Shown here: positions 32,394 through 41,616 of the stretch, piece after piece
Position numbering within the stretch: the first letter of the stretch is position 1
Layout: every line of letters starts with the position of its first letter
NCBI GenBank assembly: GCA_016432285.1
Contig: CP066682.1
Span: forward strand, 15,026-79,025
Direction: 5' to 3'
DNA from: Candidatus Kaiserbacteria bacterium
GTDB taxonomy: Bacteria; Patescibacteriota; Minisyncoccia; Phycocordibacterales; UBA2100
Length of the DNA: 64,000 bases
Made by a program: the position numbers and the translations under genes
Notes under the pieces: model-generated
The model's database searches: none
What the model was told of the DNA's origin: nothing
What the model saw: the letters and a program-made list of their open reading frames with translations, nothing else

Positions 32394-32978
32394 ATGGAAG
32401 GCGGACTTCTGATCCAGCTTCTGATCCAATATAAGTACGCCATCATGGCCCCTGCGTCGGTCGTCTTTGGTCCGACGGCAAGCCTTTTTGCGGGGGTGCT
32501 CGTGCGACTCGGAGTGCTTGAGCTCTTACCGACCGCGCTCATCCTGGCCGCCGGAGAATTGGTGGCTGATATTGTATGGTATTGGCTCGGCAAAAGGTAT
32601 GGGGATTCCTTCGTACAACGGTGGGGCCATTTCTTCGGCATAACGCCTGCCCTCATCGGACGCGTAAAAGCGCTTTTTGCAAATTATCATGACGCGATTA
32701 TCTTCACGTCAAAAATAACGGCGGGGATGGGCTTTTCGATTGCCATCTTTCTCACCGCAGGCATGGTGCGTGTCCCCTTCTGGCGCTATATGCTTGTCAA
32801 TGTGATCGGGCAATTTTTCTGGACGGCAGGTTTGCTTTCCATAGGATATTTCCTTGGCCACGTTTACCTTTCGCTTGGAAGCTTGTTCGAGAAAGCGGCG
32901 CTCGTGGCCGTCCTTGCGATCATCGTGCTCGCAATGTTTGGTTTCGCTCGATACGTACGGGGACAGTTCACTCAGTAA
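32394..32978 (+). CDS. DedA/VTT-domain (SNARE-associated) membrane protein
   Basis: DedA-like TM arrangement and a conserved G(K/R)R..GD-like motif (WYWLGKRYGDSF). The internal Met start was chosen. Confidence 0.75.
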   Translation: MEGGLLIQLLIQYKYAIMAPASVVFGPTASLFAGVLVRLGVLELLPTALILAAGELVADIVWYWLGKRYGDSFVQRWGHFFGITPALIGRVKALFANYHDAIIFTSKITAGMGFSIAIFLTAGMVRVPFWRYMLVNVIGQFFWTAGLLSIGYFLGHVYLSLGSLFEKAALVAVLAIIVLAMFGFARYVRGQFTQ

Positions 32979-32984
32979 CAGAGT

Positions 32985-33476
32985 ATGAAAGCGATCGCTG
33001 CCGTATCTTTTTTCTCGCTGGCTGGAATCGTCGGGTTTTTATTGAGTGATGAGCCTTCGACTCCACTTCTTCTGTATTACGTGGCACTCGTTATAAACTC
33101 CTACTTTTCCGTGGCGACGTTTGCTCCGATGACTCCGACGAGCATCCCACAAGCGCTCATAGATACCGCGCTTACGGTACTCTACGGGGCACTCGCGCTT
33201 TCATTCGAGTCGGTCGGCAATTTTACGCTCATCTCCGCCGCGCTTTTTCTCCTCGCGACGCTGAAGTACGTGCACCTTCGTACGGTCGTTTCTTCCCCCT
33301 ACCTTATTCCGCGGAAAATTCGCATAGACCTCCTCGGTGCAGGCCTCTCTCTGGCGACATTTGTGCTCGTACGTGCAGGGTACCCGGATCTTGCCGCGTG
33401 GACACTGGCCGCGCTCTTTATCGGCGCCAACGTGTACCTTCTTTTCGTATCACCGATGTATCGCTCAACTCCCTGA
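32985..33476 (+). CDS. Hypothetical integral membrane protein
   Basis: Four or five predicted TM helices, with no recognised family. Confidence 0.4.
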   Translation: MKAIAAVSFFSLAGIVGFLLSDEPSTPLLLYYVALVINSYFSVATFAPMTPTSIPQALIDTALTVLYGALALSFESVGNFTLISAALFLLATLKYVHLRTVVSSPYLIPRKIRIDLLGAGLSLATFVLVRAGYPDLAAWTLAALFIGANVYLLFVSPMYRSTP

Positions 33477-34496
33477 TTCTCCCGATTTTGAAACGGCGAT
33501 AAGCGAAAGAAACCTCCGAGCGGAGAGATCCCACGCGTACTTTTTTGCCGATTCGCGGCACCGCTCCGGTGAAATCGTAAGACACTTTTTCGCGGCAACG
33601 GCGATATCGTCGTCGATGTATCCGTTCACCCCATTCTCAATAATGTCTCTCGGTCCCATCGCGTTGTGAGCCGCTACGGGAATTCCCAGTGCGAGCGCCT
33701 CGACAATGACGAGACCGAAGGTGTCCGTAAGAGATGGCATGACGAGCACGTCGGCACAGCACATCCAGTCGATGAGCGTCCTCCCGGTTTGGTATCCCAA
33801 AAAAGTCACGGTGGGATACTGTGCTCGTAGACGCTCCGTATCAGGGCCATCGCCGATCACGATCTTCGTGCCGGGAAGCTCTGCTTTTAGGAAATCTTCG
33901 ATATTCTTTTCGGGAGCGACTCGCCCGAAAAAGGCAAAAACAGGCTTTGAAAACTCCTTCGGGCAGGTGCCGCGGGTGAAAAATTTCGAGTCGACGCCGA
34001 GCGGCCACACCTCAACGTTCGTGAGTCCGAAACCAAGAAGCTGCTGCCGTGCCGTTTCCGTGGTCCCGAGAGTAAGCGTTGCGGGAGCGTAAAAATAGTA
34101 GATCAGCTTTTCGATGAGCTTCCGGGCCCATGCGCCAAAGCGCACTTCCGCATATAGATGGAACTGATTATGGAATGACATGGTGAAGGGCTTTTTGAGC
34201 CTCACGCAGGCCGCTCGGGCATACCATGCGACAGGTCCATACGTCAGGATATGCACCTCATCGTAGTTGCCTTCTGCTATTTTTTTGCGGACACCACGAC
34301 GCGAGAAAAGCGCAATGCGGAACTCCGGATACTTTGGAAGCGGGAACGTCCAAAATTGGAGCGGATCCAACACGTCGACATGCACCCCGGTGCGTTCGAT
34401 CTCCTCTTTGAGATGCTCCAGCACCGTAACAACGCCGTTGATCTGGGGATGCCACGTGTCCGTGACGAGCAGCAGACGGCTTCCGGGCCCGAGCAT
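33465..34496 (-). CDS. Glycosyltransferase family 4 (GT-B, group 1)
   Basis: C-terminal GT1/GT4 motif region (FFGRVAPEKN...GLVIVEALALGIPV) with the EX7E-like signature. Confidence 0.8.
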   Translation of the reverse strand: MLGPGSRLLLVTDTWHPQINGVVTVLEHLKEEIERTGVHVDVLDPLQFWTFPLPKYPEFRIALFSRRGVRKKIAEGNYDEVHILTYGPVAWYARAACVRLKKPFTMSFHNQFHLYAEVRFGAWARKLIEKLIYYFYAPATLTLGTTETARQQLLGFGLTNVEVWPLGVDSKFFTRGTCPKEFSKPVFAFFGRVAPEKNIEDFLKAELPGTKIVIGDGPDTERLRAQYPTVTFLGYQTGRTLIDWMCCADVLVMPSLTDTFGLVIVEALALGIPVAAHNAMGPRDIIENGVNGYIDDDIAVAAKKCLTISPERCRESAKKYAWDLSARRFLSLIAVSKSGESGS

Positions 34497-34539
34497 AGGT
34501 CTTACAAATTATACAGGTCTCGTGGCGTATAATTGCCGC

Positions 34540-35262
34540 ATGCCGACCCCTTCGGTCTCGATCCTCATTCCTGCACACAATGAGAGCGGACCGATCGAGA
34601 AAACGGTTCGCGCGGCGCGTGCGCAGAAATATCCCGATTTCGAGGTGATCGTGATCGATAATGCGAGCACCGACGATACCGCTGCACGCGCGCAGGAGGC
34701 GGGGGCACGAGTGATACGGGAGGCGCGAAAAGGGATTCTCTTTGCAAAAGAAGCGGGCCGCAAAGCCGCGCGCGGCGAAATTATCGCGGGTCTCGACGCA
34801 GATTGCCTACCCCCGGACGATTGGCTACAGCGCGGTGTCTCGCGCTTCACTGATGACACTATTGTGGCGGTGACCGGAGGTTATGAGTACGACGACATCT
34901 CATCTTTTATGAGCGGATTCATCAAACTCGGATTCAAGTATTGGCAGCCGTACCTGAATGCGATCATGCAGTGGCGGCGACGCGGCGCATATATGATCGG
35001 CGGGAATTGCTTCGTGCGCGCCTCAGCTCTGGAAAAAATTGGCGGTTACGATACCTCAATTCAATTTCTCGGCGAAGATACGGATACGGCAACGCGTCTC
35101 TCAAAAATTGGAAAAGTAATTTTCGCAAGAGATCTTTTTGTCCGCTCCTCCGGCAGGCGCTTCCTCGAACACGGATACTTAAAAAGCTATTTCACCTACA
35201 TCAAAAGCGACGCGGAGGTTTTCAGGCGACACCGCAACCAACGTGGTGGTCAGCTTCGGTAG
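34540..35262 (+). CDS. Glycosyltransferase family 2
   Basis: GT-A fold motifs VSILIPAHNE, VIVIDNASTDDT and DAD. The internal Met start was chosen. Confidence 0.75.
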   Translation: MPTPSVSILIPAHNESGPIEKTVRAARAQKYPDFEVIVIDNASTDDTAARAQEAGARVIREARKGILFAKEAGRKAARGEIIAGLDADCLPPDDWLQRGVSRFTDDTIVAVTGGYEYDDISSFMSGFIKLGFKYWQPYLNAIMQWRRRGAYMIGGNCFVRASALEKIGGYDTSIQFLGEDTDTATRLSKIGKVIFARDLFVRSSGRRFLEHGYLKSYFTYIKSDAEVFRRHRNQRGGQLR

Positions 35263-35600
35263 TCTTCGAGTGCCAAAACGGCCCGGCGTATGGCGATAAA
35301 TATATACGCCCACATGAAGGGAAGCCACAGTGGCATGATGCCAAGGAGGCTGTTGCGCTCGAAGGTCTCCACGCCCGTCGATATGAAGATGGTTTCCGCA
35401 ATGAACGAGGCGACGAGCCCGAAGAGCAGGAAGACACGATCCTTGTGATCTCGTTTGCCGGCGGTCGCGATGATGATAAAGGCAATGTAGATTCCCGTGA
35501 GCACGTAGTCGTTGGTGACCACCGGCACGAGAAGAATCATCCCAACGACCGGGAGCGCGTTGGTGGCGATGCGCGACGCGAGCAGAACTTTTTGAATCAC
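35250..35600 (-). CDS. Hypothetical small membrane protein
   Basis: Three predicted TM helices. It is convergent with the GT2 gene and overlaps it. Confidence 0.35.
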   Translation of the reverse strand: MIQKVLLASRIATNALPVVGMILLVPVVTNDYVLTGIYIAFIIIATAGKRDHKDRVFLLFGLVASFIAETIFISTGVETFERNSLLGIMPLWLPFMWAYIFIAIRRAVLALEDYRS

Positions 35601-35622
35601 GCCTTCTATTATAACGAGTTTG

Positions 35623-35695
35623 GGCGACCGGCGGGATTCGAACCCGCAACCGCCTGGACCACAACCAGGAACTCTACCATTGAGCTACGGCCGCC
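35623..35695 (-). tRNA. tRNA-His (anticodon GTG) with an encoded G-1
   Basis: Cloverleaf folded by hand. Acceptor stem GCGGCCG/CGGTCGC with a G-U pair, anticodon loop TTGTGGT, T-loop TTCGAAT. An extra 5' G pairs with discriminator C73, the bacterial His identity element. CCA is not encoded. Confidence 0.9.
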
Positions 35696-35696
35696 A

Positions 35697-36197
35697 TCAC
35701 GATCGAGCCTTGAGGAGACCGCGATCACGCCCCACATCATAATGATGTACAAGGAAATGGCAATTGTGGCAGAGCCATACTAAATTTCCCTCGGCGTTGT
35801 TGAGCCGGTTCCGATCGATATGATGCACCGCGAGCACTCGGTGATCGGTCGTTTTGCACAGAACGCATAGCTTCGTTCTACCCGCTCGATCGAGCACGGT
35901 TCGGTAGGCCTGTCTGCCATGTTTCCAGTTCGCGTGCTTCGGTCCGATAAATACTTGATTCCGCCATCTTGTTTGACACGATCGGCCGCAAAAGTATTTT
36001 CCGCTTTTCGAGGTGCGAACTTGCTTGGGAGTTCGGTGGACGTCTTTGCCGCAGAGAAAGCAAGAGAATTGCGTCCGGCGTCGGTTTGAAAGATAGCCGC
36101 ACTCGCGGCTGCAATATTTTCCGTGCCCCAATCTGACGTGGCTGGGCTTTGTCTTGAATACTTTCCCGCATCGTGCGCACTCGCGCATGAGAGCCAT
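35697..36197 (-). CDS. HNH endonuclease with N-terminal zinc-ribbon repeats
   Basis: Two CxxC...CxxxC zinc ribbons (CARCGK...CSREC, CFLCGK...CGRSC), then an HNH motif (AVHHIDRNRLNNAEGNLVWLCHNCH). Its stop codon is 1 nt from the 5' end of tRNA-His. Confidence 0.8.
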   Translation of the reverse strand: MALMRECARCGKVFKTKPSHVRLGHGKYCSRECGYLSNRRRTQFSCFLCGKDVHRTPKQVRTSKSGKYFCGRSCQTRWRNQVFIGPKHANWKHGRQAYRTVLDRAGRTKLCVLCKTTDHRVLAVHHIDRNRLNNAEGNLVWLCHNCHFLVHHYDVGRDRGLLKARS

Positions 36198-36282
36198 TGA
36201 ACAAGTCTAGCAATGAAGGGAAAGGAGGTAAAGACAGCAGTTTGTGGATTATGTCCACAAGACGATGTATCTACCAATACAA

Positions 36283-36305
36283 ACGCCCGCCGAATCGGCG
36301 GGCGT
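36283..36305 (-). terminator. Intrinsic terminator hairpin
   Basis: Perfect inverted repeat acgcccgcc-gaat-cggcgggcgt, flanked by T-rich sequence on both strands. It lies between the DUF4383 gene and the HNH gene. Confidence 0.55.
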
Positions 36306-36323
36306 TTGTCCTGAAGCGCCGCG

Positions 36324-36749
36324 TTACATCGCCGGCTGCATCGAAGAGGAGGAGCCCTCTTTCATCCCAAAGCCGATCCACAAAAGTGCGACGGCAAGAA
36401 TGAGGTGGAGGACATGGTCGGCAGTGTTGGTCATGATGAGACCGAGAACGGTGTCACCCTGCACGAAGCCGACAACCGTCACGACCGCGTATACGACGCC
36501 GAATACCTGGAAGTAGAGGCGCGCGTACTGTCCGCTCATCGCGACCGCGATAGCGAGCGCTCCCGAGAGGAGGTGGATGACGTTGTGCAGGCCATCTACC
36601 TGGAAGATGCCGAGGAGCATCCCGTTTTGGGTGGCTGCCGGCACATATCCGAGAGCGCCGACCGCGAGGAAGACGATTCCGAAAACCCACGCGAGTTTCT
36701 GAACCATATATGTGTGGTTATGAATACTAATCATCGACCACCTGTTCAT
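36324..36749 (-). CDS. DUF4383-like small membrane protein
   Basis: Four TM helices with Gly/Ala/Val-rich composition typical of DUF4383. The start may be the internal Met MVQKLAW. Confidence 0.5.
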   Translation of the reverse strand: MNRWSMISIHNHTYMVQKLAWVFGIVFLAVGALGYVPAATQNGMLLGIFQVDGLHNVIHLLSGALAIAVAMSGQYARLYFQVFGVVYAVVTVVGFVQGDTVLGLIMTNTADHVLHLILAVALLWIGFGMKEGSSSSMQPAM

Positions 36750-36789
36750 TAATTGTTCTCCCCCGGAAAATAAGTGTCAAGTCCCCTTT

Positions 36790-37902
36790 TCACTCCACTT
36801 TCTCCGCGAGCACAGCCGCGCTTGAGGTGGCCACCACGCTGAACGACACGCGCCCGATCACGTGCCCGTATCGCGTGAGCACGTTGAGGCGCCACTTGCC
36901 GGGGCTCGGCTCGGTTTTGATCGAGTATCCGCGGTAGCCGCCCTCCCTGCCGCCCACGATCTCAAATGGAATCGTCTCATCGGTGCGCCATTCGTCGGCC
37001 GCTTCATCGTAGTGCTGCCACTCATGGAAGATCGTGGTCGAAAGACCGGAGGGAGCGAAGACGGCAGAGAATACATACACGGGCTCGCCCGGCGCCCGGT
37101 GGTACACGGTGTTGTACCGGAGGTAGGCCTCGTACCACCGCAAGGGCTCATAGGAGAGCCGGTAGTCGCTGCCCTCGCGCACGACGCGGTGATACACGCC
37201 ACCCTCCTTGAGGGCAAGCGGCAAGGGCGGAATCACGCCGGAAAAGTAGAAGAGGTTGAAAGTCAGAAAAATGATCGCGATCGCTCGCGCCACGTTGGTA
37301 CGCGCTGCCTTTGCGCGCTCGGGCACGAGGTACGCGAGCAGGTGGAAGAATGCGGTGATGAGAAGGAGGCTCACAATCCCGCTGACCACAAACATGTACG
37401 GGCCGATCTGTTTGAAGACGACGGGAAGAAAAAAGATGAGGAACGAAAAGAGCACTGCAAAAAACATGCTCACCTGGAAGGTGAAGCGCATGTAGAAGCG
37501 CACGAAGCGCTCGTTCCCCACGAGCAGTATCGCGAGAATCGCGATGAAAATCCACGTCAGCTCCACCGCGGCGCTCCTGCTGTAGAGCGAAAAGTACGCG
37601 GTGAAGAGCCCGCCGAAGGCAAACTGCGCCACGACGGGGATCAGTGGCGTTATTTTGATGAGCCACGGATTCTTGAGGCGGCCGGTTTCGATCAGATTGA
37701 GGATGGTGATACAGCTTGCCGCGAGCGAGAGGTAGAAAAGCAGGAGGAGATTCCCCGTCCACAGGTCGACGCGCCGCAGGAGCACGAAGTAGTCGAGAAG
37801 GAGCGCCGCGACGAGCGAGATCGGAGAAATGTAGCGCATATACCACTGCGCCAGCTCCTCCACGTTTTTGGGCAATTTGGTAAGCCGGGTGCGTGCCATC
37901 AT
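36790..37902 (-). CDS. Membrane protein with a C-terminal soluble beta domain (DUF2914-like)
   Basis: About 7 TM helices followed by about 120 aa rich in Tyr/Arg/Glu. It overlaps the PduO gene by 4 nt. Confidence 0.45.
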   Translation of the reverse strand: MMARTRLTKLPKNVEELAQWYMRYISPISLVAALLLDYFVLLRRVDLWTGNLLLLFYLSLAASCITILNLIETGRLKNPWLIKITPLIPVVAQFAFGGLFTAYFSLYSRSAAVELTWIFIAILAILLVGNERFVRFYMRFTFQVSMFFAVLFSFLIFFLPVVFKQIGPYMFVVSGIVSLLLITAFFHLLAYLVPERAKAARTNVARAIAIIFLTFNLFYFSGVIPPLPLALKEGGVYHRVVREGSDYRLSYEPLRWYEAYLRYNTVYHRAPGEPVYVFSAVFAPSGLSTTIFHEWQHYDEAADEWRTDETIPFEIVGGREGGYRGYSIKTEPSPGKWRLNVLTRYGHVIGRVSFSVVATSSAAVLAEKVE

Positions 37903-38468
37903 GGATTCGTTGTTTTGTATTCGGGAGAGCGCTCGTCCACCCCTGCGCGTTGGTTCTCGAGTCGCGCGAGCGCATAAAAGAGCGATGAGAGCCGGTTGGC
38001 GTACGCGCGACTCCCTTCGGAGACCGTGCGATCTCCCGATTCGTGGACCGTCACGAGCCTGCGCTCTGCCCGTCTTGAGATAGCACGCACGATATCGAGA
38101 CGCGCGGAAAACTCCGTGCCACCCGGCACGAGGAAGGTCTTGATCGCTGGCAACTCCTTTTCGATGTCATTGATCAAAGCGCCGAGCGCCTCGACGCTCG
38201 ATTGCGGCACCGACTTCTGCGCCCCCGCGACCTCCGCCTGAATCGTAAAGAGATGATCCTGCACTCCGAGGAGCACGTCCCGGACGGGGGTACCAGTCAC
38301 GGGAAAATCGTCGGGAGCGGCCACCTTGCACCAGCCGACAATAGTGTTGAGTTCGTCGAGCTGTCCCAAGCACTTGAAAATAGCTGAAGACTTGGAGATG
38401 CGTACGCCAGGCTTCGAGTCAAAAAGTTTGGTAGTACCGCCATCCCCCTTTCCCGTAAAAAGCGCCAT
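37899..38468 (-). CDS. PduO-type ATP:cob(I)alamin adenosyltransferase
   Basis: N-terminal MALFTGKGDGGTT motif and the helical bundle typical of PduO/MMAB adenosyltransferases. Confidence 0.8.
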   Translation of the reverse strand: MALFTGKGDGGTTKLFDSKPGVRISKSSAIFKCLGQLDELNTIVGWCKVAAPDDFPVTGTPVRDVLLGVQDHLFTIQAEVAGAQKSVPQSSVEALGALINDIEKELPAIKTFLVPGGTEFSARLDIVRAISRRAERRLVTVHESGDRTVSEGSRAYANRLSSLFYALARLENQRAGVDERSPEYKTTNP

Positions 38469-38511
38469 GCGGCAATCATAACAAACAGCGCGTCTTACTC
38501 CGTGCGGTATC

Positions 38512-39765
38512 ATGTACGGATCGACAGCCATGGAAACTCTTGAGCGTAAAGACGGGCATGATGATCTTCACACACCCTACTGTGAGATCACTCTCAAGCA
38601 GTACTCTGAAGCAGTGCCCGAGAAAAAGAAGTCGTTTGAAATCGTGATGAAAGAAATCGATCGGCAAGGAATCGAAAACTTCGAAGTGTTTCAGTCGGAA
38701 CGATTTCCCGGGGTCGCCTTTTCACACACGAAACTTCAAATAACTCCAGAATTAATACAAAAAATTCGTGAACAAACAATACCTGCACATGCGGACACGA
38801 CTGACGACGAACAGACTAGTACTGAAAATCAGGAAGAAGAAACAAATGCGAAAAGGCATGATTATTTTTTATTCACTGCGTCTGCCCCACCTCCCGACGG
38901 ACATGCGTTCACGGTCCAGGACGTGGCCATAGACCGATTCATTCGCCTCATGCCTCGCGTCGCGAATGCGATCAGACGGGGCGAGAATCCGCCGGAAGTG
39001 AGCGTCTATCTTCTTGGCGCCCCAACGGGGCTCGGGGGTTCGGTTACTCCAGAGTGGTTGGAGACGATCCGACAACGCGGATTTGAAGGACACGGCGAAC
39101 TCTATGCGGAGTTTATCGAGAAGCAGGAATCAGCGAACAAGAAATCAACCGAGGTCCCTCATATCGTACTTCAGGGTGTGTCGAAAGGAGCTGTCGTTGC
39201 AGAGAAGACCTCGAAATACCTTCCGGGGGAGCTCGCGCAACACACGCAAAGACTCCTCGATAACCCCGCCGGCGATCACGAAAAAAATCCTGCGCGCTGG
39301 CTGAAGGGGGCAGAGGTAGCGCTTGGCTACACGGGCGAGGCACTAGCGAGGATGCTTTTCGACGACACGATGAAGGGCCTTATGAAGCGCGGCAACGCAT
39401 TTATCAATTACCTGTCCCTGGAAAAGGGCATCCCGAAAGATGCGCCTGAACAACTAAAGCTCAAATGGAAAGCGACGATCGTGGAAGTGTGGACGCTCAT
39501 CAAAGGATCTTCTCTCGACACAGACGGGGTACGATCATTTATCCGTCGGGGGATGTACGATCCGGTGACCTTTAGCATGGGCCGGCTTTTTGAGATTTGG
39601 CAGAAATCAAACCAAGGAAAGGGGGCGCAATTTTATCAAGACGGAAAATCCGTCGAGGCTCCTTTCCGCGGACAGCACATGTTTTTCTACAACAGATATA
39701 AGCGCTGGAGCACGATCCTGGATTTTGCTGAAGGCTCTTCCGATACCACACCCGCCCGCCTCTAG
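38512..39765 (+). CDS. Hypothetical protein with a possible alpha/beta-hydrolase-like core
   Basis: No family recognised. There is a candidate nucleophile elbow G-V-S-K-G (GxSxG) after YLLGAPTGLGG. Codon usage in the N-terminal 400 nt is AT-richer than neighbouring genes. Confidence 0.4.
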   Translation: MYGSTAMETLERKDGHDDLHTPYCEITLKQYSEAVPEKKKSFEIVMKEIDRQGIENFEVFQSERFPGVAFSHTKLQITPELIQKIREQTIPAHADTTDDEQTSTENQEEETNAKRHDYFLFTASAPPPDGHAFTVQDVAIDRFIRLMPRVANAIRRGENPPEVSVYLLGAPTGLGGSVTPEWLETIRQRGFEGHGELYAEFIEKQESANKKSTEVPHIVLQGVSKGAVVAEKTSKYLPGELAQHTQRLLDNPAGDHEKNPARWLKGAEVALGYTGEALARMLFDDTMKGLMKRGNAFINYLSLEKGIPKDAPEQLKLKWKATIVEVWTLIKGSSLDTDGVRSFIRRGMYDPVTFSMGRLFEIWQKSNQGKGAQFYQDGKSVEAPFRGQHMFFYNRYKRWSTILDFAEGSSDTTPARL

Positions 39766-39833
39766 TGGGGTGCAGGGAGACTCGTCGACGTAAAAATCGC
39801 AATGCCGCTATCATAGCGGGCGGCACCCTCAAG

Positions 39834-40286
39834 CTAGAGTTTCTTCAGGGCCCCACCGTCTAACCGGTATGTATGCAGATCATCCAACCTCTTTGCACCA
39901 ATGGAGGAGAAAAAGGTACCAGCATCCGAATTCCAATCAAGCGCGTGCCAGTCCAGCCGCCCATAATCCCGCTCCTTACAAATATCCGCAAGCTTCTGCA
40001 TGAGTTCGCGCCCTACACCCGTTCGTCGATGAACCTCATCGACGTAGATGTCTTCCAAAAACATGCCGGGTTTCCCCTCCCATGTGGAGTAGTTCTGAAA
40101 GAAAAGAGCAAGTCCTATCGCTTTACCATTGAACTCAGCAAGTATGCACTCGAAAGGAGGTTTTGGTGATTCGAGCTGTTTCGTTACCTGCTCAGCCGAC
40201 ATGTGGACCTTCTCGCGACCCTGATGATGTTCGGCGAGTTCGTTGACTAGACGGACAATCTCCGCGGCATCTTGCGGCCCCGCCAT
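39834..40286 (-). CDS. GNAT family N-acetyltransferase
   Basis: Acetyl-CoA binding motif A (VHRRTGVGRELM) and the GNAT fold. The start was moved to MAGPQDA because the longer ORF would run into tRNA-Leu. Confidence 0.8.
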   Translation of the reverse strand: MAGPQDAAEIVRLVNELAEHHQGREKVHMSAEQVTKQLESPKPPFECILAEFNGKAIGLALFFQNYSTWEGKPGMFLEDIYVDEVHRRTGVGRELMQKLADICKERDYGRLDWHALDWNSDAGTFFSSIGAKRLDDLHTYRLDGGALKKL

Positions 40287-40330
40287 TCTCAAAGCAGGCT
40301 TTGGTTGCTCGAAGCTGTCGCGTAAATCCA

Positions 40331-40417
40331 TGGTGCCCAGGGGGGGACTCGAACCCCCACGCCCTTGCGGGCTACGCCACCTCAAGGCGTAATGTCTACC
40401 AATTTCAACACCTGGGC
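40331..40417 (-). tRNA. tRNA-Leu (anticodon GAG), long variable arm, CCA encoded
   Basis: Folded by hand. Acceptor GCCCAGG/CCTGGGC, anticodon arm ACGCC-TTGAGGT-GGCGT, a 14-nt variable arm and T-arm GGGGG-TTCGAGT-CCCCC. The 3' end reads ACCA. Confidence 0.9.
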
Positions 40418-40419
40418 AT

Positions 40420-41070
40420 TTATAACTTCTGGCCCACTATAGCCAACATTCTCACGATCTTCAATCTCTTCCTCCGCAGACAGAGGACATCGCCGCCACC
40501 GTACATCGTGCGCAGTAATTTCAACGAGGTGCGTTTTGCGTACTTGAGTTGCATCGTCGTCCCTTCGCGGTCGCGCGTTATGTGTCCTTTGACACCCAAT
40601 CGCTTGCTTATTTCCCGACGCAGCCAGTTGATGTGCGACATGCTCGCCGATGCAAACACAGTGTAGAACATGAAGCTTGATTTCCAACGCGGATCCCAAT
40701 ACGAGTAGGTGGAGCCATCGCCGTCAAACGAGCCCCGCAGAAAATCAAAAAAATATTCCCGTGGCACGCTTACCGCGCCGATTATTTTCGATTTATTCGG
40801 CATAAACCCGATAGACAGGAGGTACCGATAAAAGAGCACGTCTCCAAACTGCGCGCGCCAGTGCCCTGTGCTGTTCTTTCCGATGCTGTTTACTATGCCC
40901 AGTGCGCGAAGAAAATTTTCCACCTGCTCTCTGTCTTTTGAGACAAAGACGATGTGGCGGCCGTCAGGCGACAAGCAACCATCTGCCGCGAGAAGCCCGA
41001 GGGCATAGGCAAAGTTCGGAGACCATTCGATCTTGACTTTTCCGGCCGGACTTCTCCCCCGCCTTCTCAT
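40420..41070 (-). CDS. LAGLIDADG homing endonuclease (double-motif)
   Basis: Two LAGLIDADG motifs (YALGLLAADGC and FDFLRGSFDGDGS) about 100 aa apart. Its stop codon is 2 nt upstream of tRNA-Leu on the same strand. Confidence 0.8.
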   Translation of the reverse strand: MRRRGRSPAGKVKIEWSPNFAYALGLLAADGCLSPDGRHIVFVSKDREQVENFLRALGIVNSIGKNSTGHWRAQFGDVLFYRYLLSIGFMPNKSKIIGAVSVPREYFFDFLRGSFDGDGSTYSYWDPRWKSSFMFYTVFASASMSHINWLRREISKRLGVKGHITRDREGTTMQLKYAKRTSLKLLRTMYGGGDVLCLRRKRLKIVRMLAIVGQKL

Positions 41071-41133
41071 AACGCGATAAGTATATATCGCTCAAGTAGA
41101 TAGCGTCTACCAATTGTTTAAAAATAAAAAATG

Positions 41134-41589
41134 CTACTCCGCCTTCGCTTCGGTAGACGCAACGGGTTCGCTCTTTGCGCCAACCTCTTCCTCAGTTGCG
41201 GATTCGAGCTTTTCCTCCGCTTTCATACTGCCGCCCAAGACTCGTGTGCGGCGCAACTGTCGGCGGGCTTCGCGGGCCACTTTTTCGCGGATGTAGTAGA
41301 GCTTCGCGCGGCGCACGCGGCTTCGCTTCAGGATTTCGATTTTGTCGATCATCGGCGAGTAGAGTGGGAAGACCTTCTCGACACCAACGCCCGAGAGAAT
41401 GCGGCGGACCGTAAAGGTGGCACCCGCTTCGGTGCCGTGCTTTCGAGCGAGCACCAAGCCCTCGAAGGCCTGCAAGCGGTACTTGCCCTTTTCCTCCTCG
41501 ATCTTTTGCCAGACGCGCACGGTGTCTCCCGGCCGGAGGTCGAGATTCTTTCGCGCATCCATATCGACTGGCGATACTTTCACTGCCAT
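41134..41589 (-). CDS. rplS: 50S ribosomal protein L19, with a C-terminal extension
   Basis: L19 core ([12 protein letters not shown]...[13 protein letters not shown]...[11 protein letters not shown]). Confidence 0.9.
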   Translation of the reverse strand: MAVKVSPVDMDARKNLDLRPGDTVRVWQKIEEEKGKYRLQAFEGLVLARKHGTEAGATFTVRRILSGVGVEKVFPLYSPMIDKIEILKRSRVRRAKLYYIREKVAREARRQLRRTRVLGGSMKAEEKLESATEEEVGAKSEPVASTEAKAE

Positions 41590-41616
41590 AGTCGCGGCAC
41601 TATACCATCGTGATTT

